Shown: positions 7,304 to 13,995 of the stretch, piece after piece | Layout of the letters: each line of letters begins with the position of its first letter | Numbering within the stretch: position 1 is the stretch's first letter | NCBI GenBank assembly: GCA_038321865.1 | Contig: JBBQFH010000050.1 | Coordinates: 1 to 13,995 of the forward strand | DNA length: 13,995 nt | Direction of reading: 5' to 3' | Origin: Gemmatimonadales bacterium | Lineage (GTDB): Bacteria; Gemmatimonadota; Gemmatimonadetes; Gemmatimonadales; GWC2-71-9 | The notes under the pieces: generated by a model | The model's database searches: none | The model's input: the letters and a program-made list of their open reading frames with translations, nothing else | What the model was told of the DNA's origin: nothing | Translations under genes and position numbers: made by a program

Positions 7304-9936
7304 CGCACCCCATCCACCACGAAGAGCGTCGACGCATAGCCGAGGGCAATGACTGCGTACGTGCGCCCATCGTCCGCGAGCCGCAGGTACTCGTATTGTC
7401 GCACCCCGGCGCGTCCCGGCGGTGCAATGTCGATGAGCGGCCCGCGTTTGCCAGTGGCAGGGTCAACTCGCTCGACACGCACCGCCAGGTCGCCGGGCCG
7501 CCAGACCCAGAGCTCGCGTCCATCCGGACTCCAGCGCACCAGATGATCGCGAGGACGCAACCCGCGCACCGGCTGTGGCGGGCCTCCGGCAACGGCGAAG
7601 AGCAGGAAGCTGTCCCGCACCTGCGCGGCGATGCGCGTGCCGTCTGGGGAGAGCGCCGCCTGGATGGTGCCTTCCGGCGTGACCGGCGTGAACGTGCCGC
7701 CGGCGCTGCTCGCGATGTAGCATCGCACCGAGTGGCGTACCACGCTGCCGCACATGAAGACGTGCTGGTCATCGACGAACTGCCCGGTGACATACGATAT
7801 CGTTTCGAACTGTCCCTGATCCAGCCGGCGTGGTTCTCCCGGCCCGGTGGGATAGATCATCAGCCGCGGCGGCACCGAGGGCACGATCGCGAGCACCGAT
7901 TGCCCGTCGCGCGACAGTGCCATCGGCTCGCCGTCGCCGAGCCGCGCCGCCGGCGAACCGTCGGTCTTGCGCAGCAGGAGGCCGTAGTTGAGGCCCCCGG
8001 TCACACCCTGATCGGCGAACGCAACCAGCTTGCCATCGGCGCTGATCACGGGCGTCTCCGAGACATCCAGCCAGCTCAGGTCCCGTTCATGATCCGGCTC
8101 CGGACCACCAACGAGCAATCGGTAGGGCAGGTCATCGTGCGTGACCAGCCATCGGTTGCTGGCCGAGATGTCCTGCAGCGTGATGCCGCCGGCGCTGGCG
8201 AGTGCGAGTTGCAGGCGGCCATGCAGGTCCATCGAGTACGCGGTCAGCGCGGTGTACGATCCGTTCGTCGCCGTCGACCCGGTGAACATCACGCGATCCT
8301 GCTCCCGTGACCATGCCAGCCCTTCCAGCGCCCAGTGCACCGGCGACCGGGCGAGCACGGCACCGGTGCGACCCAGGATCACGACGGTGCCTCGATCGTC
8401 GTACAGCGCCTGGTGGTCGAAGAGCGCCACCTGGTCGCCAGCAGGCGACACGCGGATGTCGGAGAAATACCCGGCCGAGCGAGCCAGTACCGTGCCGATG
8501 GGATACTCCACCCGGTCCTCATCGTTGACCCGATGGACGATCGCGAGTGTCTTGCCATCAGGCGACCAATCCGCCTCGCGAACGCCAGCGAGCAGCGCGC
8601 GCGGCGCCCCGGGTCCGAGCGGCAGGGAGGCGAGGGTGCCCTCGAACAGGCGGTGGTTCGCGTAGACCGCACCCGTGAGGACTGCCAGCGTGCCGGTCGA
8701 CGAGATCGCCAGCAGGTGCATTGAGTCCGGGCCCAGCGGCTGTGGCTCGGGGTAGTCGGGGCGGATGACGTACAAATGCGGTACGGTGCCGCTGGCGCCG
8801 GTCGAACTGAAGACGACGGTCCTGCCGTCAGGGGCGAACCGCGCCGTGATAATCGCTTCCGGGCGGTACGTCTGCTGCGTGAATCGCACGTCGGTCAGGG
8901 TACCGGCGGCGCGGCGCTGCGCCAGCATCACGAGCAGCAGTGCCGCGACGATCGCGGCCACGCCCCACGACCAGGGATTGGCCAGCCAGGCGGCGAGTCT
9001 TCGAGATGGCGCGGTGACTGCGCGGCCCGCGGGGGTCCGCCGGGCCGCCAATCCCGGGGTACCGAGCGCATCGGCGAATCCCTTCGCGGTCTCGAACCGA
9101 TCGGCCGGGAGCTTCTGCAGTGCGACGTGCACCGCATCGGCGACGTGCGCCGGCACGGTGCGGCGAAGGGTGGTGAGCTCCGGCGCGTCGGCCGTCATGA
9201 TCTTCGCGACGATCGCTTGCGCCGTCGGACCCGAGAACGGGGGTTCGCCCGCCAGCATCTCGAACGTCACGCAGCCGAGCGCGTAGATGTCGCTGCGGGC
9301 GTCGAGCTCGCGCTCCCCCATCGCCTGCTCGGGCGACATGTACTGCGGCGTCCCCAGCGACATTCCGGTTTCGGTCATCCGGCTGCCCGCAGTACTCGCG
9401 GCAATGGCAATCCCGAAATCGGCCACCAGCGCGCTGCCGTCGTGCAGCATCACATTTTCCGGCTTGATGTCGCGATGAATCACGCCGTGGCGATGGGCGT
9501 AGTCGAGCGCGCTGGCCATCTCGGATGCAATGCGGACCGCGTCGCCAATCGGCAGTTGCTTTTCGCGCGTGAGACGGTCGCGCAACGATTCGCCCTGCAC
9601 GAACGGCATCACGTAGTACAACACGCTTCGGGGTCCCTCAACTCCGCCGGCGTCCGGATCGCCCGGCTCAGGATGACCCAGGCGAACCGCTCCCGAGTCG
9701 AAGAGCGGCAGGATGTGCGGATGCTGCAGGTTCGCAGTAGTCCGGATCTCGGCCAGGAAGCGCTCGGCGCCGATCACGGCCGCGAGCTCGGGCCGCAGGA
9801 CTTTCACCGCCACCTTGCGATCGTGCTTGATGTCGTGCGCGAGGTAGACCGTGGCCATGCCGCCGGCCCCGAGCTCGCGCTCGATGGTGTAGCGGCCGGC
9901 AAGCGCGGCGGTAAGGCGCTTAAGGGCGTCGCTCAC
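7300..9936 (-). CDS. Membrane Ser/Thr protein kinase with TM helix and TolB/PD40 beta-propeller domain (878 aa) [kinase 3]
   Basis: Kinase motifs: ELGAGGMATVY, VAVKVL, HRDIKPEN, DFG, TETGMSLGTPQYMSPEQ. TM: WSWGVAAIVAALLLVMLA. Repeats: FAPDGRTVVF, WSPDGKTLAI, VSPAGDQVAL, ISADGKLVAF, LSRDGQSVLA, LSPDGTRIAA, WSPDGRELWV. Confidence 0.95.
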   Translation of the reverse strand: MSDALKRLTAALAGRYTIERELGAGGMATVYLAHDIKHDRKVAVKVLRPELAAVIGAERFLAEIRTTANLQHPHILPLFDSGAVRLGHPEPGDPDAGGVEGPRSVLYYVMPFVQGESLRDRLTREKQLPIGDAVRIASEMASALDYAHRHGVIHRDIKPENVMLHDGSALVADFGIAIAASTAGSRMTETGMSLGTPQYMSPEQAMGERELDARSDIYALGCVTFEMLAGEPPFSGPTAQAIVAKIMTADAPELTTLRRTVPAHVADAVHVALQKLPADRFETAKGFADALGTPGLAARRTPAGRAVTAPSRRLAAWLANPWSWGVAAIVAALLLVMLAQRRAAGTLTDVRFTQQTYRPEAIITARFAPDGRTVVFSSTGASGTVPHLYVIRPDYPEPQPLGPDSMHLLAISSTGTLAVLTGAVYANHRLFEGTLASLPLGPGAPRALLAGVREADWSPDGKTLAIVHRVNDEDRVEYPIGTVLARSAGYFSDIRVSPAGDQVALFDHQALYDDRGTVVILGRTGAVLARSPVHWALEGLAWSREQDRVMFTGSTATNGSYTALTAYSMDLHGRLQLALASAGGITLQDISASNRWLVTHDDLPYRLLVGGPEPDHERDLSWLDVSETPVISADGKLVAFADQGVTGGLNYGLLLRKTDGSPAARLGDGEPMALSRDGQSVLAIVPSVPPRLMIYPTGPGEPRRLDQGQFETISYVTGQFVDDQHVFMCGSVVRHSVRCYIASSAGGTFTPVTPEGTIQAALSPDGTRIAAQVRDSFLLFAVAGGPPQPVRGLRPRDHLVRWSPDGRELWVWRPGDLAVRVERVDPATGKRGPLIDIAPPGRAGVRQYEYLRLADDGRTYAVIALGYASTLFVVDGVR
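9630..9677. repeat. Short palindromic-repeat-like sequence in frame within kinase 3
   Basis: Plus strand GGGGTCCCTCAACTCCGCCGGCGTCCGGATCGCCCGGCTCAGGATGAC, with an internal imperfect stem GCCGG...CCGGC. It lies inside an 18-aa insertion relative to the paralogs. Confidence 0.55.
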
Positions 9937-12366
9937 CTAGTGGCGCCGGATGGGAAACGGCCAGGTGCCGACGGCCGGACAGATTGCCGCTCCAACCTGT
10001 TTGGCGGCGGCCACGAAGTCCGGGTGGGTCTTGATGGGATCGAAGAGCGGCTCGCAGGACCAGGCGTAGCCATTGAGCATCGGCTCCCTGTGATCCACCG
10101 ATCGCGCGACGGCGGCGGCAGCCGAGTCGTAGGCGCCGAAGGCGATGCCGGCCATGGCGCGAAGGAAGTCGGGCGAATTGAACGGTTGCCGCAGGACGGC
10201 ACTGCGTTCGCGCTCCGCGTCAGGCCAACGGCCGGCGGCCGCATAGCCCAGCATGGTGAAGCTGCGCCCGCCGAAGGCGGTGGAGTCGAACGCGACGGCC
10301 TGCTCCATCGCACGAACCGCACTGTCGGGCTGACCGGCGAAGATGTACGCGAGTCCGAGGTTGCCATACCCTGCGACGCTCCTTGGGTCGAGTTGCAGCA
10401 GTCGCCTGGTCACGTCGATGGCGTCGCGATTTCGGCCGATGGCATAGAGGAAATACTGGGTGGCGGTGAGGAGCGCGGTGTTGAACGGGTCCAGTTTGGT
10501 CGCCAACTGCAGTTCGGCAAGCGCCTCGCCGACCCGCCCGCACAGGCCCAATGCAATGGCATGATCCCAACGCAGGTCGACGTTGTCCGAATCGGCCTTC
10601 GTCAGCTCCGCCAGGGTCCGCTCTGCCTCGGAATATTGCATCTGCATGATCAGGATGGACGCCCGGGCCCGCTTCACGTCGACCAGGGTGGCGTCGAGCG
10701 TGGCCGCTCGCTCGACGCTGGCCTCGGCCAAATCAAGCGTGGAATCCGACGACCCGATTCCCCCCAACGCCATGTAGGCATACCCGATGGCGAGCCACGC
10801 ATGGGCGCGGGCAAAGTCGGGATCGCGCGCGACGGCCTGCTTGAGATAGCCGATGGTTCCGTCGAAGTCGAATTGCCGAAACCGGAAAATCCCCTGCAGA
10901 AAGTAGGTGTAGGCCTGTTCGTCCCTGGTACCACGTCGGGCGAGCACATCGGTCGCATCGGCCGCATGGTGATAGTGGAGCGCGGCGGCGATGGCGGCGG
11001 TGATCGAGTCCTGCGCCGCCGCAAGATTCGCCCCCGCCGGCCGGACGAACTTGCCGCTCCAGAGGGAGGTCTCGTCGGTGACGGAGACCAGGTCGACCGT
11101 AATGGTCGTACTGTCGCTGGCGCGCCGCACGGTTCCCTGCAGGACGAGATCGACGCCGAGCATAGCGGCGACCTCGTGAATCGTGCGACCCTTGGCGCGA
11201 GCGGAGGACGTTCGCGCCTTGACGCTCAACGCCGGGATCGCGGCCTTGATGCCGCTCCGCAGGTCGTCGGCGATTCCGTCGGCGAGATAATCGAGCGCGC
11301 TGTCGCCGGTGGTGTTGTCGAAGGGGAGCACCGCAATCGCATGCGCGGTCGTGTTCACACTGCCTCCACGCCGCGACCGCCAGATGCCGAAGGTGGCGGC
11401 CAGGAGCACGACAGCGGCACCGGCAGCCCAGAGCATTCGTCGATTCCCGCCGCCGGCGGCTACTGGGCGCGTATGCGTGGGCGTGATGCCGGTCGACGGC
11501 GTGGCGAAGACCTCGAGCGCGTTATGCAGCTCGTCCGCCGTCTGCCAGCGATCAGCGGGGCGCTTGGCGAGGCAGCGCATGATTACCGCGTCGAGACCTG
11601 CCGGCATACCGGGGCGACGGTTCCCCACCGGGTCGGGCGTTTGCGTGACGTGCGCGGCGAGCACCGACTGTGGTGTGGCGCCCGCGAACGGCGGCTGGCC
11701 GGTGAGCAGCTCGTACGCCATCACGCCGACGGCGTAGATGTCGCTGCGATGATCGATATGCGGATCGGCCGCGGCCTGCTCGGGTGACATGTAGGTCGGC
11801 GTGCCGACGGCAACGCCCAGTGTGGTGACGGTGTTGCGCCCGGTGGCCTCGCTCACCGCTTTCGCCACGCCGAAGTCAGTCACGAGCGCATGCCGCCCCG
11901 AGAGCATGACATTGTCGGGCTTGATGTCGCGGTGCACCACGCCGTGGTCATGCGCATGCGCGAGTGCGTCAACCACTTCAGTGACCAGTCGCACCGCCTC
12001 GTGCACCGGCAGCTCACCCTCGCGGGCGAGCCGATCGCGCAGCGACTGGCCGGCGACGAAGGGCATGACGTAGAAGAGGAAGCCGTCAGCCTCGCCGGAA
12101 TCGAGCAGCGGCAGGATATTCGGGTGCTGCAGCTGGGCCGCGATCCTGATTTCGCGCAGGAAGCGGCCCCCGCCGAGCGAGGCGGTGAGATCCTCGCGCA
12201 ACACCTTCACGGCGACCTGACGGTCGTGCTTGCGATCCTGGGCGAGGTAGACCGTGGCCATGCCACCCTGGCCGAGCTCGCGCTCGATGGTGTAGCGGTC
12301 GGCGAGGGCGCTGGCCAAACGGCCAACTCCGTTCATGGACGGCGACGGCGGAACCGGAGCGGTCAC
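9937..12366 (-). CDS. Membrane Ser/Thr protein kinase with TM helix, TolB_N-like domain and TPR repeats (~809 aa) [kinase 2]
   Basis: Kinase motifs: ELGQGGMATVY, VAVKVL, HRDIKPDN, DFG, GTPTYMSPEQ. TM: MLWAAGAAVVLLAATFGIW. Then IAVLPFDN...DYLADGIADDL, TPRs (AVARDPDFARAH, KLDPFN, QLDPRS) and C-terminal EPLFDPIKTHPDF. Start is GTG 12366 (GTGA overlap) or ATG 12336. Confidence 0.94.
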   Translation of the reverse strand: MTAPVPPSPSMNGVGRLASALADRYTIERELGQGGMATVYLAQDRKHDRQVAVKVLREDLTASLGGGRFLREIRIAAQLQHPNILPLLDSGEADGFLFYVMPFVAGQSLRDRLAREGELPVHEAVRLVTEVVDALAHAHDHGVVHRDIKPDNVMLSGRHALVTDFGVAKAVSEATGRNTVTTLGVAVGTPTYMSPEQAAADPHIDHRSDIYAVGVMAYELLTGQPPFAGATPQSVLAAHVTQTPDPVGNRRPGMPAGLDAVIMRCLAKRPADRWQTADELHNALEVFATPSTGITPTHTRPVAAGGGNRRMLWAAGAAVVLLAATFGIWRSRRGGSVNTTAHAIAVLPFDNTTGDSALDYLADGIADDLRSGIKAAIPALSVKARTSSARAKGRTIHEVAAMLGVDLVLQGTVRRASDSTTITVDLVSVTDETSLWSGKFVRPAGANLAAAQDSITAAIAAALHYHHAADATDVLARRGTRDEQAYTYFLQGIFRFRQFDFDGTIGYLKQAVARDPDFARAHAWLAIGYAYMALGGIGSSDSTLDLAEASVERAATLDATLVDVKRARASILIMQMQYSEAERTLAELTKADSDNVDLRWDHAIALGLCGRVGEALAELQLATKLDPFNTALLTATQYFLYAIGRNRDAIDVTRRLLQLDPRSVAGYGNLGLAYIFAGQPDSAVRAMEQAVAFDSTAFGGRSFTMLGYAAAGRWPDAERERSAVLRQPFNSPDFLRAMAGIAFGAYDSAAAAVARSVDHREPMLNGYAWSCEPLFDPIKTHPDFVAAAKQVGAAICPAVGTWPFPIRRH
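12254..12287. repeat. 34-nt exact direct repeat shared between kinase 2 and kinase 6 (other copy at 2125..2158)
   Basis: GTGGCCATGCCACCCTGGCCGAGCTCGCGCTCGA occurs at both positions and encodes ERELGQGGMAT. Related copies are present in the other kinases. Confidence 0.85.
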
Positions 12367-13995
12367 CGCACCCGCCCGAGATATTTGTCGAACCACTTCA
12401 GCGTCTCGGAGATCAGCGCGGTGCGCGGGACATCATGGCCGCCCTCGTAGACGATCCACTTCTTCTGGTCCGCGGGGGTGCCGAGCAATTCGAAGAACGG
12501 CTTTTGGGCCAGCTCGAGCGGGAAGAAGAAGTCGTACTTGCCGTTGAGCATCAGCACCGGCTGCCTCACGCGAGGCAGGAAGTTGAGCGGATCGACCTCG
12601 GGCCGCCCGAGCTCCATGGTGAGGCCCGCCACGTAGAGCACCGCCGCCTTGAAGCGCGGTTCGATTGCCAGGTTGATCGGTGCCTGGTTGGAGCCCCAGC
12701 TGTAGCCGAAGTAGGCAAACCTGGTCGAGTCCATGTCGGGCCGGCTGGAGAGGTAGTCCAGCGTGCGGCGCATGTCCTGGGTCCACATCACCACGTGCTG
12801 TCGCCAGAAGATCGAGCTGTCGGGCAGGTCACTGTGGAGCGAGTCGCGCCGTTCGTAGGTGCTCTTGAGGATCGGCAGGATGAAGGCCCGGCCGTTCTGC
12901 GCCAGGAATCCCGGCACCAGGTCGCTTCGCGCCACGCGATCGCTGAAGATCACGCCTGAGCCGGGAAACTCGACGACCGGCTGCAGCGGCTGGTCATGGT
13001 GCTTCGGCGTCAGGATCACGGCCTCGACGCGTTCACCGCCATAGGCCGCGTCGAAGCTGACCCGCTCCGTGTTCCACTCTTCCTCGGTGGTGTCGCGCGA
13101 TTCAATCCTGGCGTTCAGCGGCCGGCGGTCGTAGTCGAAGATCGGGCGGTAGCTGGCGAACACCGCATCCGATACCGGCTTCTCCCTGGTGTAGTCACGA
13201 AAGGCTCGGTTCATCGGCAGGCGGGCCCTGGCGAGGGCCGAGTCGTCGTCGCGGTACCGCACCAGCCGAATGCCGTTGATTGCCGAGCGGTCCATCGACG
13301 CCTGGGCGTAGCCGTCGGTGAAGCCGTACTTCGGGTCGCTCCACCCACCACCGAGAATGTAGTGCTCGTCGCCGCCCGCACCGTTCTCGCACCACTCGCG
13401 CACGTTGCCGGCCATGTCGAAGACGCCGTAGAAGCTCAGGCCGCGCGGCGTGGTGACCGGCATCGGCCCGGTGCCGCCGAGGTTGCTCCCCGGCACGACA
13501 TACTTGGCGGCGGCAATGTTGGCGGCGCGCGCCCAGCTGTAGATGGTCGGCAGCGACTTGCCGGCGAACTTGGCGTAGGCGGCCGCCTCGTACCAGCTGA
13601 CGCCGCCCACCGGCTCGTCACCCTGATCCTTCGGGTAGCTGCCCGCCTCCCAGGTGGACGGGCCGGGCTGCCCGGTCTTGTCGCGGAACAGGGGCACTGC
13701 GGCGTCCCAGGTGAGCCGCTTCGCGCCGTCCGGGAACTCGGTCGGCCAATACTCTCGGCTGCTGTACCCACCAGCATCCACAAACACCTTGAACTGCCGA
13801 TTACTGATCTCGTGCAAGCCCATCCGGAAGTCGGCGAGGGACAGCTCGTCATGCCCGTCGAGCCCGACCAGGAAGACGCCGTAGGTGCCGGGCGAAAGGT
13901 GCACCATGTCGCTGTCGGCGGATCCCACCGAGTCGAGCATGAAGGTGCGGTTGCCGTTGCCGATCAGTCCCCGAAAGGCCCGGAATCCCGGCTTC
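12363..13995 (-). CDS. FGE/SUMF1-fold domain fused to an alpha/beta-hydrolase (dienelactone hydrolase/S9-like); 5'-partial (>543 aa), possibly the C-terminus of another kinase
   Basis: The frame stays open to the window edge (KPGFRAFRGLIGNGNRTFMLD...). FGE-family motifs: EISNRQF, PVGGVSWYEAAAYAKFAGKSLPT, GVFDMAGNVREW, ILGGGW, NGIRLV. Hydrolase nucleophile elbow GYSWG (12693-12707), with candidate triad Asp in NGKYD and His in GGHD. Confidence 0.88.
   Translation of the reverse strand, partial: KPGFRAFRGLIGNGNRTFMLDSVGSADSDMVHLSPGTYGVFLVGLDGHDELSLADFRMGLHEISNRQFKVFVDAGGYSSREYWPTEFPDGAKRLTWDAAVPLFRDKTGQPGPSTWEAGSYPKDQGDEPVGGVSWYEAAAYAKFAGKSLPTIYSWARAANIAAAKYVVPGSNLGGTGPMPVTTPRGLSFYGVFDMAGNVREWCENGAGGDEHYILGGGWSDPKYGFTDGYAQASMDRSAINGIRLVRYRDDDSALARARLPMNRAFRDYTREKPVSDAVFASYRPIFDYDRRPLNARIESRDTTEEEWNTERVSFDAAYGGERVEAVILTPKHHDQPLQPVVEFPGSGVIFSDRVARSDLVPGFLAQNGRAFILPILKSTYERRDSLHSDLPDSSIFWRQHVVMWTQDMRRTLDYLSSRPDMDSTRFAYFGYSWGSNQAPINLAIEPRFKAAVLYVAGLTMELGRPEVDPLNFLPRVRQPVLMLNGKYDFFFPLELAQKPFFELLGTPADQKKWIVYEGGHDVPRTALISETLKWFDKYLGRVR

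Noticed and set aside
339..7352. Other long plus-strand ORFs (339..1220, 877..1557, 2747..3859, 4164..4772, 4860..6101, 5986..6984, 6306..7352)
   Set aside because: All lie antisense to well-supported kinase genes. Their mutual similarity (e.g. FRLDVAV, SGLMSR) is just the reverse complement of HRDIKPEN.
7263..7793. 177-aa N-terminal extension of the 966-aa ORF in the track
   Set aside because: It overlaps the propeller-coding end of kinase 3 in another frame and is Arg/Ser-rich without motifs. Paralog N-termini align from GTG 7262.
2207..9000. Calling the propeller or TolB_N-like domains tolB (Tol-Pal system)
   Set aside because: These are domains fused to kinases. No tolQ, tolR, tolA or pal genes are present.
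8776..11787. 1003-aa plus-strand ORF
   Set aside because: It is the antisense shadow of kinases 2 and 3, which share a frame. GC-rich codon bias suppresses stops on the opposite strand, and the product has no recognisable motifs.
13255..13420. Possible diversity-generating retroelement target (FGE/CLec-fold C-terminus)
   Set aside because: No reverse transcriptase, no template repeat and no adenine-specific near-duplicate of this region is visible in the window.
12363..13995. Annotation as a true formylglycine-generating enzyme or EgtB
   Set aside because: The catalytic cysteine pair is absent, no DinB-like metal motif is seen in the available part, and there is no adjacent sulfatase.
1..13995. 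CRISPR array, IS element, tRNA or rRNA
   Set aside because: No regularly spaced repeats, transposase motifs, terminal inverted repeats or RNA gene signatures were seen. The recurring sequences are paralogous kinase motifs.

Overview
GC-rich bacterial window with no RNA genes, transposases or CRISPR arrays. The gene family and style suggest Gemmatimonadota (inference). All genuine genes lie on the minus strand in one apparently co-transcribed tandem array that runs off both ends. From right to left: (1) a 5'-truncated protein with an FGE/SUMF1-fold domain and an alpha/beta-hydrolase domain; (2-6) five paralogous membrane Hanks-type Ser/Thr kinases whose C-terminal domains strictly alternate between TolB_N-like+TPR and a TolB/PD40 beta-propeller. 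Kinase 5 is broken by a ~41-nt deletion that removes its activation segment and shifts the frame. Two kinases carry in-frame insertions in the same N-lobe loop, and their DNA resembles a short palindromic genomic repeat. Every junction, including two apparent spacers bridged by mini-ORFs, is a start/stop overlap or abutment. One spacer holds a VAIKVLRP relic of a further kinase. The long plus-strand ORFs are antisense shadows.
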